Shown: positions 38,706-52,163, counted from the whole stretch's first letter. The stretch is DNA of 63,967 nucleotides, filler included, from Octopus bimaculoides (GCF_001194135.2; 7 parts of 6 records of this genome joined end to end with filler, not necessarily neighbours in it), one strand, 5' to 3'. The notes: a model not told the origin generated them from the letters alone. Made by a program: numbers and translations.

Positions 38706-39382
38706 GCCTTCACTTCAATTTAATGCTGTTTCAATTGCTCACATCTCAGGTTTTTTGTTCATTTTATTTAACCCGGCGCCTATTTGCAGTTGAAACGGAT
38801 TGAGGATCCAGTTCATTCATTATGCAAACTATTCCAACAGTTTTTTTTCTTCTTCAAAAATACATTTATTCTGTAACAACAACAACAGTAATTAATAACC
38901 AAATGAGATTTTATTTCTTATTAATGTTCTTGTTCTCAGCAATTAAATCTAAAGAGATTAATCCATATCTTTACTGCTTTTTAATCCTAATAAAACCTCA
39001 TTACTAAAATGAAGATAATTTCTAAAATATTCAGTTACTCTTTAGATTCCACTAAAACACTTTGTTTCTCTCGAATATTCTTAAAATATAACCTACTACT
39101 ACTACAACTACAAACACTATTATTATTAAAACTACAACCACTACCATTACTGCTACTAATACTATTACCATCACCACCACCACCACTACAACACTACCGC
39201 CACTAACACCTCTGCTACTACTACTACTACTTCTAATCCCCAAAGCTTCTCATTAGCGACCTCTTGTCTAACAATTTGAAACAAATCCACAGTTTTGTTG
39301 TTATCGCCTCAACACATGGCTTTCTCTCATCGTATCTTCTACAGAAATTATGTCTTCGAATCAATGTTTTCAATACAAGATT

Positions 39383-39426
<44 letters not shown>

Positions 39427-39887
39427 TTATCTGTTTAACTTTCATTGGTTTCAGTCATGAAACTGAGGCCAGGCTGGGGCACCACCCTGAAGAGGTTTTA
39501 GTCAAATGAATCGCCCCCAGTACTTTTCATTTTGTTTTCTTTTTTTAAGACTGGTACTCGTTCTATCAATTCTTTTTGCCTGACCGCATGCTAAACGTAC
39601 CAACACCGGTTGTCAAGCGGTGGCTGGAGACGGACACAATCACAAAACACACACACATGTATATGTATATATATTGATATGTAAATGTAAGATCCAAGGA
39701 TCAAGGTGTAGGAAGTTAATGAGCTTCAAGTAATCTGAAAAAAATATAAAAACAACTTTGAGGAACAACAGTGGTTTATTGGTGCAGAAGGTTGGGAAAT
39801 TTTCCCGTATCGAAGTAGGATAAGCTGAAAAAAAAACAGGTTATTTCATAGTTCACGGTTAGCGACTGGGGTTGCTCTATATTCAAA

Positions 39888-40128
39888 TAAACATCTAAAA
39901 TTAGGGAACGGAAGAGATAAAACCCCGGCTAGATATGTTGTTTCATGACTAGCAAAACCTCAGACCGCAAGCTACTTTTCAGGCCAAGGATCAAGGTATC
40001 CTTCACCTGAAGAGTAGCTTGGGGGTCTACCCCACGTTTGGATAATTTACTGCTTCCCAGGTTCCGTTAGCTATGAAACATATATATCCTAGATTTTATC
40101 TCCTCTGTTCCCTAATTTTAGATGTTTA
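39888..40128. repeat. Imperfect fold-back element with nested hairpins and decayed hammerhead-like motifs on both arms
   Basis: TAAACATCTAAAATTAGGGAAC arms; inner AGACC.CAAGCTACT.TTCAGG / CCTGAAGAGTAGCTTG.GGGTCT; central AAGGAT/ATCCTT. Confidence 0.85.
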
Positions 40129-40199
40129 AGCACAACTGTAAGCTAGACCCTTTTTTTCGTGTCCTTTTCTCTACAGAAGGTCCTCAAGTCAATTAAACT

Positions 40200-41110
40200 A
40201 CTACTGTTTGATAAGTGAACCCTCTGCACTGCACTCCTAGTCATTAGGTTACAATATCGACATAGTCTTGTGCTCTGCAGGGATCATTAGGGGATGAATA
40301 TCCATGCAAATCGAATCCGATCATAGGTCGCCGTAACTCACCTCTACTCTCGACACATCAACAATATCGAGTAAAGAATAACACCGGAGCCAAGCTTTGT
40401 CATCTCCACCAATATCGATGGTCATTATTCTAATATTCCTAACACCCCAATACCGTGGCATTAACAAATGAACAGGTTTATGGTTCAACTTGTCTGTATT
40501 TACATGATCTTGTACTTAGGTGGAGTTGAGCTGATTTCAGAAATTCAGTGGGAATACAAGTTCACGGGTGGTCCCCGGTCACTTGTAAACACACTTAGGG
40601 ATAATGTGATCCGTAGCAGCTCATCTTGCGGTTGATTGTCGACGGTCGCAGAGGATTCGCTGACCGAGCCACAGCCGATAACCAGAGCAGACGTAGCCTG
40701 GGTTTAAAGCAGGTTTTAGAGAAACGCTTTAACAAAAGCTAAGAGGTGCCTCACTGTCAGGTATCTTCCAGCACGCCGGACACCAATCTTGAGAGCTTAG
40801 GCTATATCTGTCTCTGCGCCTTTTCCTTGGTCTTAAAAGCCAGACGTACAATTTAATATATCGTTCCCGGACCGATGGAGGACATATCTTTCCACACATT
40901 AGGTACAGCTTTCATAGGAATATAAAAACCACCCACTGTAATATTTTATATTTTTTAGCACAAGCATGTAATTCCCAACGATATCGGGCAAGGAAGCACT
41001 CTCCTCTGTATCTCGTTCAGTTCTTCTTTTCTTCGAGATACTTCCAGTCAAGTCACTCGTTTTCACTCACAGCGTTTGCAAATGAGAGAATGTCGTTGTT
41101 GCTGTTATCG
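40200..41110 (-). pseudogene. Probable L1/Tx1-type LINE ORF1 (gag-like) remnant
   Basis: NNDILSFANAVSENE*LDWKYLEE and VRLAFKTKEKAQR resemble, from recollection only, repeat-derived octopus ORF1-like proteins; many stops. Confidence 0.4.
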
Positions 41111-41799
41111 TTGCTACTCTTCATGCAGTTCCTTCGCCACTATCACCACACAAATTAATGATTCCAGCACTATTTTCCATGGTGTCTTCCATTGTATAAT
41201 TATAAACATTTCCATTTAAAAAATTTAACTATATAGAAAGTATTTCTATTTTCCATTTTTCTTTTTTCTTTTCTTTTGCTTGAAAGTAACTTGAAGGCGT
41301 GTTAACTGAGACAACTGGTGCGACCACTGTGACGAACATCTCTTCCTTCTACTTCTGAGGAAGCCATATTACGATCTGTGAAAATATCACAAATGACTTT
41401 TTAATAAAAATATATAAACATTTAAAAATACCTCAAAACAAATGTCTTTTTTTTCTTTCCGAGATTATTCGATAAACCTTCAAACAACCCGAAAGCCTCC
41501 CGTTAATACAATTGAAACCCAAGCCGAAAGGATGAAACACAAATTAACCCAGACGGGCATTGAACCAAAAAGGGAAAGACCCGGAATTCTTCAAAGCGTT
41601 TTGTCCAACGCTCAACCAATTTTGTCTGCTTGCCGCCTTGATGATGATGATAATAATAGAAGAAGAAGAAGAAGAAGAAGAAGAAGAAGAAGAAGAAGAA
41701 GAAGAAGAAGAAGAAGAAGAGCAACAACAACAACAACAACAACAACAGCAACAACAACAAGGATGTGCTACACCGGGCTCTCCATTCAAAAACAAATCT

Positions 41800-44434
41800 A
41801 ATCTAATAACATCGATGGAATTGGATAAAGGAATCTGTGGAAGACTTGAATTAAGCGGTCTTTTAACGAAAATAGTCACAGAAACGAAATTTTACTGCCA
41901 TACAAAGCACAGTTTCTCCTATGCACGATGTTTCAGTGAAACAATTGCGAAACACACACGCGATATCAAAACCGGAAAGTTTACAAATTATAAAATATAA
42001 ATGAAACAAAACAGTAAGTATATAAATTGAGTAATTAGGCATACACTCGAATGTCTACACAACCATCTATACATTTTGATACCCATAGGACTATACGTAC
42101 AACCCAATGTTTACACAACTACGTGAAATTTACAGGATACACATACACCCATATGAAAACACGTGTCACAAACGAAGCAAAAACAAAGAAGAAAACAAAA
42201 GAAAACTAATATTTCGAACCAACACAGATATAGTAAACAGTTCATAAGTTTTAAAGCACCACAAAAAACTATGCCTGGAGATAGATATATCAACAAAAAA
42301 ATACAGACGAATACAGATCCGTTAGCCTTAAGAAGCTACGTTACGAGCAATGTTTTCATAGAGAGAAATCGGAGGCGGTGTTGTCTCAAAGAATTAACTT
42401 TAAACAGACAAATCCGTCCCCTAATGTCAACGTCCAAGCTCGTCATGCCTCAGTGATAACAAAGCAAAATACAAAGAGCCGCGTACTCCAGTGATGAACC
42501 AGATTCGGTACGAAAAATCAGCTACTGGTTCAAATCATCCCGAAACACAGGAGCTGGAAATATCCCACAACCGGAACATTCCAACAGATGGCCATCCATG
42601 TTCGTCATCAAATAATCAAAAAAAAAAGAACGAAAAATGGCCTAGGGAAGATAATAAAGAAGTTCTCAATGCCTTCCATCATGCCATATGTTTCCCCACA
42701 GATAAATCTAACAGTGTACAAACCTATTTAAACTGGAGACAGAAACACCTTGAAGTAAGACCCTACAGAGACAGTAACAAACTTGCCAACGTCAGAAGAA
42801 ACATTATGAAAGAGAAATTACTGACTGAATTAGAGATTGACCAAATTAAACAATCAATAAGGGTTAAAAGGAACGAAGCTGCAGCTAAAGAAGATACTAC
42901 AGAGGAAATAATTATAAACCAGCCCAAGGCTGATGAAAATACAGTAATGATTGAAAGAGTTAAGGTAACTGATAGGCAAAGTGAAATACTCTCTGAACCA
43001 ACCATAAACGCTAAGGCAGGTGAAAATCAAATAGCGGAAGAAAGTCATACAGAAATCGACGCAAAAGAACTACATGATCTAAAAAATCAAATCATGATTG
43101 AATGGCTGAAAATTAAAGAAACCAGTATGAATGAACCCGACACTCTCCCAAAAATTTGCAATTCTAGCCAAAACCTGAAAATAATTGGTAAAATCCACCT
43201 TGCACTTAAGGATATATATTTCAGCTAAAGATGTTGATATTACAAATCTCAACCACCTGTACTATGCATCCGCGAAAATCTCAAGTATTCTATGTAGTGA
43301 ACAGATTAGAAAATGACAACATTCCCACAAGAAGCTTTCTTGGTAAATTGGCAAGAGCGTATTCAACACAAAATTCAGCTACTTAGGTCTGACATAGGAT
43401 GTTTAAAAAACCTTTAGTTTGACAAGACCATAAAACTTACAAAAACCTGAAAATTAAAAAAATATATATAGGGATGTTATCGTGGGTCCTATGGTTGTAG
43501 AGATCAGTTACTCATGAATAAGATAATCTTGGAAGATTTCACGAACAATACAAAAACTTGTCGATAGCCTCGATAGACTATAAAAAGGCTTTTGGTAGTC
43601 TACCACAGAGTTGGATTAAGAAATATCTAGAAATGTATAAAATAGCACCTACTCTGTGAAACTTTTCGTCTGTAAGTAAAACAGGCAAAGGAATATCTAA
43701 GTGAATTCCAAATACAACAAATTCCGGAATTTGACTACTAGAAACAAGCGCAGAAAAAGCTAAGCGCATGAAAATCCACGCTCAAACTGCTGCCTTAGAT
43801 ATTCTTACGGATAAATGGAAAGAAAACTCTCTCAGTGGCAAATACCCAGAGAGAACTAATAATGCCGATGTTGACAAAGCCCTTACTCATCAATGGTTAA
43901 TGGCTTCTTGCTTAAAATCTGAAACAGAAGGGTTTATCATAGCAGCCCAAGATCAATGCCTACCTACAAAGAACTACCAGGCCAACATATTAAAGAACGG
44001 CAGCTGCCCAACATGTGTATGTCAACAACAAAATGAAACCATTGATCATGTTGTCTCCAAGTGCAGTCTTCTTGCGCCTACAGAGTATCTCAACTGGCAT
44101 GATAGAGCTGCACAATATATTCACTGGGTAATGTGCAAAAACCTGGACTTGCCCCATAATAAAACCTGATGGGAACACAAACCACCTCCAGTGCTTGAAA
44201 ATGATCACATCTGACTCCTCTGGAACTTCACCATCTATCTTTCAAACTGACAGAAAGATAGATGCAAATAGGCCAGACATTATATTGAAAGACTTCAGAC
44301 AAAAATCATGCCTCCTCATTGATATGACTGTCCCAATCGATATAAACGTATCTGTCAAGACCTACCAAAAACTGAGCAAGTATAAAGATCTTGAAATAGA
44401 AATTGACAAAATGTGGAACCTTAAGACTAAAACA
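41800..44434 (+). mobile_element. RLE-type (R4/Dong-like) non-LTR retrotransposon, decayed, with an internal RT deletion; 3' end in gap
   Basis: N-terminal KWPREDNKEVLNAF..KLANVRRNIMKEKLLTELEIDQIK; RT motifs GSYGCRDQLLMNK and IDYKKAFGSLPQSW; LKSETEGFIIAAQDQ; CVCQQQNETIDHVVSKC (CCHC-like); ANRPDII..IDMTVP..KLSKYKDLEIEI (PD-D..K). Confidence 0.92.
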
Positions 44435-45786
44435 NNNNNNNNNNNNNNNNNNNNNNNNNNNNNNNNNNNNNNNNNNNNNNNNNNNNNNNNNNNNNNNNNN
44501 NNNNNNNNNNNNNNNNNNNNNNNNNNNNNNNNNNNNNNNNNNNNNNNNNNNNNNNNNNNNNNNNNNNNNNNNNNNNNNNNNNNNNNNNNNNNNNNNNNNN
44601 NNNNNNNNNNNNNNNNNNNNNNNNNNNNNNNNNNNNNNNNNNNNNNNNNNNNNNNNNNNNNNNNNNNNNNNNNNNNNNNNNNNNNNNNNNNNNNNNNNNN
44701 NNNNNNNNNNNNNNNNNNNNNNNNNNNNNNNNNNNNNNNNNNNNNNNNNNNNNNNNNNNNNNNNNNNNNNNNNNNNNNNNNNNNNNNNNNNNNNNNNNNN
44801 NNNNNNNNNNNNNNNNNNNNNNNNNNAGAAGAAGAAGAAGAAGAAGATGATGAAAGAGGAGGAGGAGGAAGAGAAGAAGAAGAAGAAGAAGAAGAAGAAG
44901 AAGAAGAAGAAGAAGAAGAAGAAGAAGACCAACAACAACAACATGGATGTGCTACACCGGGCTCTCCATTCAAAAGCAAATTTTAATCTTTTATTGACCA
45001 CAAGGGCCAAAAACATGGAGGACAATCTAATAAAAACAAAAAAAACAACAATAACAATAATAATGATTTCTTTTAACAACAACCATAACAGCAATAATAA
45101 TGATAATAATAAATATCAATTTAATCACCTATAACGAGAATTTTTAGGAAGTCTGCGCTGAAAGTAAGTGGTGGAAGATGGCTGTTCTCATTAGAAAGTG
45201 AGCCGCTGATGATAAGAAGTAAATCTCTCTTGCTATCTTCTCTGGTCATGTATTCCAACATCTGCTTGTCTGTATGTCGTCTTTTGATAAATATCTTATC
45301 TCGGAGATGACAACATTTCATAGACATGTTCCGTACACAATAACGGTTCTCTCTCAGCAATCACAGGATTAATTATGGCACCGCCGTATGCCACAAGACA
45401 CTGTGTGTCTGGTGGATTTGTCTGAGTAAGAGGTTGCGTACGTGTGTGTAAGCGCTTGCGTGCCTGCAGGTATATATATACTTGTATGTATACGTGTGCA
45501 TGCATGTGTGGGTGTACGTCTGCACGCGTGTGTACGTGCATGTAGATATTTGCGTATGCCTGCGTTTACACGTGCAGATGTGTATATGCATGTATGTATG
45601 CATCCTTGTCTATCGAGGGTATAAAACGCATCCGTGAATGCGGGCAAATATGCGCGTACGCATGTGTAGTTTTGTGTGTCTGTGTGTGTGTGTGTGTGTG
45701 TGCGTATGTGTGTGTGTGTGTGTGTGTGTGCGTGTGTGTGTGCGAATGTGTGCGCGCTCGTTCGATTCACAACTACACGACAAACT

Positions 45787-46052
45787 GTTACTATAGTAAC
45801 AAGTGCAGAGCCAAAAGACAATTTGTAACTATGGTAAGAAGAGAAAGCTACAAAACAACGCGATAATATAGGAATGATAGAAATCCATGCGGCAGTGTTT
45901 CCATAGTAACGATAGCGAGATCCTCAACACAGAATTACTATAATGACGACAGAGACCCATGCAACACAACGTTACTATAGAAACGGTTGAAAACTATACA
46001 ACAAAAGGTTACCATAGAGAGAGTCCACACAATGCTATGTTACTATAGTAAA
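45787..46052. promoter_or_regulatory. Homotypic cluster of 14-bp RFX X-box motifs
   Basis: GTTACTATAGTAAC (45787), GTAACTATGGTAAG (45825), GTTTCCATAGTAAC (45897), ATTACTATAATGAC (45934), GTTACTATAGAAAC (45971), GTTACCATAGAGAG (46008), GTTACTATAGTAAA (46039). Confidence 0.7.
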
Positions 46053-48264
46053 GGTCGGTCTGTTGTGCAAAATTCCTTCAGTTGTGCCCCTTCGTGTAAC
46101 CAGGGATGATTGTTTTATTTCATTCTTCCTGGATCAATGATGTGGATACCAGTCATGTACTGGGGTCAATTAATCCGACAACACAGTTGTATCCCATTAA
46201 AGAATATAAACGTGTTAAAAGCGAAATTGTGTCGTATTCGATCGGTTAGAAATGATAGCGAAATCTACCTCAGATTTCAGCACTGCAATGTCTCAACCAA
46301 TGAAGGATGTATCAGACAATATAATCTTTAATACTCTAAGAGAAAGTCACGGCCGAAACGCTTTAAGAGCTAGATATGGCTACGGGGCTAGAAAGTTTCC
46401 CTTGTAACCCCTTTGTTCAATGTTCATTTTATTCTGCAGAGCGGCGCCTTCGGGCGTCATCTTGTCTTACAGCGTCGCGTTTGTCAATCCCTTTTAATTG
46501 GAAAATATGTGTGTATGTATGTACGTATGCATATATGTATGTACGTATGTACGTAAGGCGGCGAGCTGGCAGAAACGCCGGGTGAAATGTTTAGCGGTAT
46601 GTCGTCTGCCGTTACATTCTGAGTTCAAATTCCACCGAGGTCGACTTTGCCTTTCATCCTTTCGAGGTCGATTAAATAAATACCAGTTACGCACTGGGGT
46701 CGATGTAATCGACTTAGTCCCCTTGTTTGTACCCTCTATGTCTAGCCCCCTGTGGGCAATAAAGAAATATATACGTATGTACGTATCTTCGTATGCATGT
46801 ATGTATGCATGTATGTATGTATGTATGAATATATGTATGTATGCAGATACATATATACATATGTACATTGTACATACACATTGATGTATGTATGTCTTTA
46901 TGTACGTTTGTCTATAAATATATATACGTACGTATATATAGTATGTATGTGTGTACACACACAATGTTAACATGCCTACCCGTGTGTACATACAATTGTT
47001 ACGTACTAAATTTCTGGAATGTTTTACATATCGACAGAGTTGCTTTATGAACACTAATTACCTAATTAGCCGTATTTTCTCTAGATTATTGAAAACCAGC
47101 TTCTGTAGATTGATGCTGAGACAGTCCAAGTAATCTAATAGTTCCATATATGTAAAGAACTGAAGTCATTGTCTAGCTGCATATTTCTCATTAATTCGTT
47201 AGAGATGATGGCATTTTACACTAATCCCCAACATTATCTTAGCATCTCCTGAGCGGATCAGTGCAACAACAGCGCACACAGCCTCTTTGCTTTGTCCCAG
47301 ATCAAGACGTCTGGTCTGTTATATTTTAATGAGGTTTTGAAAAGAATATTCCACCGCTATTTCTTCCTATTATTCGTGGTCATTTCCTCTGCAGCACTGC
47401 AGCTTTTTATATTCTTATCGTTTCGGTGGGTAGCATTCAATATTTTGGCTCCGATATCATACTCTATACACAGGCCATGCTGGAGTGACACTTTCACGCA
47501 GCTACTTATGATGTGGAGGACGTTGTCAGTGGTACCCTGTGCCAATAATTTGCTCTCTCTATTCATTAGACATGCTTAAATATAAAACCAGAACATTAGT
47601 GTGCGTGTGTATGGGTGTGCCTGTCTGTCTGTCTGTCTGCCTGTCTGTCTGTCTGCCTGTCTGTCTGTGTCCGTGTGCCTGTGCGCATACATATATACAT
47701 ATTGACAGATAGATAGATAGATAAACAGGCAGACAGACAGACATATAGACTGACAGATACATAGGTAGATAGATAGATACACCAAACATTTATTCTGAAA
47801 AATTCTAAATCAACAAACATCTCAACTTTACCAAATTCTAACGACCAGTAGAAAGACCGTCCTCCGGGCGGTTTTCTGTTAGTTGCTCTATGATAACAAC
47901 ATATTTAGTTGCCAATTTCTGTCGTTTTTCTGACATACCAAATTCTGCTTCCTATACTTTATTCATCTAATAGTACTCACTCGCTCAGTAAATAGATTTA
48001 GATTAATATCAAGCACTCAAAGATAACATTGGAATTCACGAAGACATTGAGTATTCTGTTGACTTCGTCAAGTTAAACTCTTTCTCTCTCTTTTAAATAA
48101 ACTCAAAGGTGACCCAGTCTCTGGGCGGTCGTTTGACATACTACAAACAGCAGGGATCACTCGGGTATATTCTAAGGCCTAAAAACTCACCAAACAGCCT
48201 TACTTACAAATTCACTTCAGGTTTTTTCTCCCCCCTTTTTGCAAATTATGCCGGTATGTCAGGC

Positions 48265-48985
48265 TTGAAAATCGTGTGTAGTCTGATAGAGGTATCATCT
48301 TCAAAGCCAAGCCTAGTATCTATGAATCTTGCATTTTAACGATCCTCCTGTACTCTTCTGAGACCTGGACAACATATTGGTGCCACATCAAGGCTTTAGA
48401 AAGATTCCATCAGACTTGCCTAAGGAGGATACCAGACATCAAATGGAAGTCTTTAACACCAGACACCGTTGTTCTTCAGCAAGCTAACACATCCAGTATT
48501 GAAATGATCCTCATACGCAATTAGATGCGGTAGGTTGGGCACCTTGCTAGGATGGAGGATGACAGGTTGCCAAAGCAGTTGACTTCTGTAGTCGAGTTGC
48601 AGCGTGGCAAACGTCCAAGACATAAACCTAAGAAACGTTTCAGGGATGCTGTCAAAAGTAACCTTAAGGTTCTTAATAAGAAAGGTGAAGACTGGGAGCA
48701 GGTGATGTAGGATCGATCGGTTCGGAAACAAATGATCTACAAGAGATGTAAAGCATTTGAAGCTCGAAGAATTGAGCATTCTATTTTGAAACGAGGACTT
48801 CGTAGACAGGACTTAACTACAATCCCAGACACTTTCCTGCTTAAAATTATTTGTTCGTTTGTGAAGAGCAGGAATTGCTAGTCATATAAGATCTCATGAC
48901 AGTTTTTATTAACTGAAGAGATGGCCTTCTTCTGTAAAGAAGTGGCAATCATCATGTATGTATGTAGGTAGGTATGTATGTACGC
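48265..48985 (+). pseudogene. RTE LINE 3' segment with 3' UTR and (TATG)n tail
   Basis: LENRV*SDRGI..ILTILLYSSETWT..ALERFHQTCLRRI..KWK..VGHLARMEDDRLPKQ..GKRPRHKPKKRFRDAVK. Confidence 0.9.
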
Positions 48986-49889
48986 GTGCATATGTGTGTG
49001 TACATGTGTACACATGTGTGTATGTATGTGCGTGTATGTTAACACCTGTTTATCAATAGAACAAAACAAATTAATTTCTTAAGGTTGTATATCTGTTTTT
49101 ATCTGTTGCTTTTTTTTTCCACTTTTTTTCATAATTTCCTTTTCTTTTTTCTTTTTTTCTTTTTTCTTCATTTCCTCTTCTGTATCGGTGACTCATCCAG
49201 CCAAACTTTCAGTTACATGGAAGAAGAACACGAAACAACCATCAGCGCTTTTATAAGATAACTTAATTTTCGTGTGACGTAATTGAGCGAGATGAAAACT
49301 ATGAAGATACAGTCGAGAATTATCATTGCTTCCCGATTCATTTGAATATTTCTGTTTGTAAACGAAATCTCAAGATTTGTGTGTAGCGTCTTCAACGGAA
49401 ATTGTGTCTCCATTTGTAATCATACAATCAAACATGAGTTACCACTAATCTCTTAAATACATCCTGTTCTCAATCAGCTTCTATTACAAGGAGGTGGGAG
49501 TCGCTCTCTTTCTCTCTGTCTTTCCCTCTCCCTCTTTCCCCCTCTTTCTGTCTCTCCCCTCTCTCTCTCTCTCTCAGTGGACGTGAATGCTACTACCAAA
49601 TACCACTGTCAGTAGTTATAATTCAATGCGCTGTTGTTGTTGAGCTTTAGTCCAGCTTTAGTCATCGAACAAATTCATGAGCAAAGACAATCCTGCCGTG
49701 ACCACTTCGCTCCATCCCTTCAGCAATTTACGGCTCATCTAAGCACTCCAATATATTAATATATCCATTTTGCTTTATGTGTGTGTGTGCGTGCATGTGT
49801 TGTATGTAGAACCATAAACACTTCAACACTTGCAATATTTAACATAGATAAACACGCACGCTCAACACACATACACACACATGTGTATG

Positions 49890-49942
<53 letters not shown>

Positions 49943-50252
49943 TCATAAATATACAGGGATTAGCAATTGAGTTGCTTCTCCAACATACTGAAAATTCAGA
50001 AATAGCAGTCAAAGAACTACTGATTCCAAACTACAAATTTTTCTCTATCGTTGATTTNNNNNNNNNNNNNNNNNNNNNNNNNNNNNNNNNNNNNNNNNNN
50101 NTTAATTAATTAANNNNNNNNNNNNNNNNNNNNNNNNNNNNNNNNNNNNNNNNNNNNATTTCTAATATAATTCATAAAAACATCTGCTGCCCGTTTTCTA
50201 AATTAATAGCCTTCCGTTTTCTCTCCTAAAACAAACATTCAAATTGAAGAAA

Positions 50253-50287
<35 letters not shown>

Positions 50288-51596
50288 CTTTGGAAAAGTT
50301 GAAACCAAAGAATACAAATGTAAAGAAAATTGTTTTAAGATTTGTCTGGTGGTGTTTTGAGACGCCCTCGTCATGGCTTAACCTTCAATCTCAAAGAACA
50401 CCGTTTCAACACCAATATCACTATCACCAATACCACCTAGAACATCAAGAGCAGAATGAACAATAACAACAACAACACCATCAAAAACAACCGCAAGAAG
50501 ATCAACACAAGAGAGCAACGCCAACAAGAGGACCAACTCCAAGAATAACAACAGACCAACTGTTTATCGTTCTGAAACTAGTTAACTATTTTTGTAGCCG
50601 TCAGATGTGGGATAAAACTAGAGTGTATTTGTTCTTGCTGGTTATGGATTGTGCTAAAGGAACCCATTTTGGGATTCCCAGACAAGCAACAAAATTATAG
50701 GTTTTCCTTGGACGAGACACTGTGGTTTTAATGGTGACAGATTCCCAACTCGAAGAAGGTTAAAGTAAGTCAATAAAATCCGAAGCTCGCGACAGGAGAG
50801 TGTCGCGTAACTTAGCGGCTCGGCAATGGGACCCGATAGAAAAAGTACTAGGCTTACAAAGAATATATCCTCGGGTCGATTTCTTCGAATAAAACCCTTT
50901 AAGTCAAACTGGAACGATTAAAAGAATGAAAGAACACACACACACACACACACACACACNNNNNNNNNNNNNNNNNNNNNNNNNNNNNNNNNNNNNNNNN
51001 NNNNNNNNNNNNNNGTGTATATATGTATGTATATATATGTATGTGTGTGTGTATCGCAAGTTTCTCTGGCCGTTGCTCTAACGACTCTGTTGAATCGGGT
51101 ACAACGAAAATCCAAAAGAAGCTTTCTTTCTGAACCGTATAAATTATAACAGGAATCGAAGATCAATAACCAATATAATTAATCTATTCGATACATACCT
51201 CGATATCGAATATATTATCGAGTCTCACGTTTGTGTTTTACCTTAAAATAATTCAGTCATTTATTCGAAATCACGGTTACGAGGTGAATATGCTAACGTA
51301 TATGCAATGCGTATAATATATATGAATGAAATATATCTTTATAGTGGTGTGTATGTATGTATGTATATATGTTAGCATGTATTTTAGTCGATATATATAA
51401 TTATGTGTGCAGCTGTGTGTGGAAAATTCTGTGTGTAACTGTGTGTGTATGTGTGTGTGNNNNNNNNNNTCTGTGTGTAACTGTGTGTGTATGTGTGTGT
51501 GTCTCCGTGGGTCTGTGTATGCATGTGGTTGTGTCGATATGCATACATATACATATACGCACCAAGAAGCACCTAAACACTAAGACACAAGCAGAT

Positions 51597-51630
<34 letters not shown>

Positions 51631-51745
51631 ACATGTACATGTACATGTACATGTACATGTACATGTACTATGTATATGTATATAAGTACATATATACATA
51701 TATATATAATGTGTATGTATATGTATATATACTGTGTATACACAC

Positions 51746-51776
<31 letters not shown>

Positions 51777-52131
51777 TATTCACACACGCGTGTATAGATA
51801 TATTTTGTATATATACACACAACAATAATAAAGTGCACCATCTTTTATGACCCACATAACTTCCACCCTAAAAATAAAACAAACAAAATTTCTTCTTCTT
51901 CCCATAGTTCAACCCTAATTTCGTTGAACTTGAGTTCGTACTCAGTCGGTGCCAATTAGTCTCCCTGCAGTAGGGAAAAAAGATTCGCGGGTAGGGTGCA
52001 GATAGGGGTGGCCAAATCTATCTGAGTATGCAAGAGTCAAAGGTGCTGCCTGAATGATGGAGGTGGATGTGATGGTGGTGTTGGCACTTCTGCTGGGATG
52101 TGAGGGTAACATTTCAACACTGTTGATTCGA

Positions 52132-52163
<32 letters not shown>

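Noticed and set aside
41560-42000. PolyE/polyQ ORF, and polyT/polyV ORFs at 54198-54526
   Set aside because: Trinucleotide microsatellites without coding context
45121-45430. Minus-strand open frames (TNPPDTQCLVAYGG..; RDKIFIKRRHTDK..) near the X-box cluster
   Set aside because: No domain recognised and no consistent splice structure
50380-50570. Q/H-rich reading frame
   Set aside because: Degenerate (CAA/CAC)n tract with an internal stop
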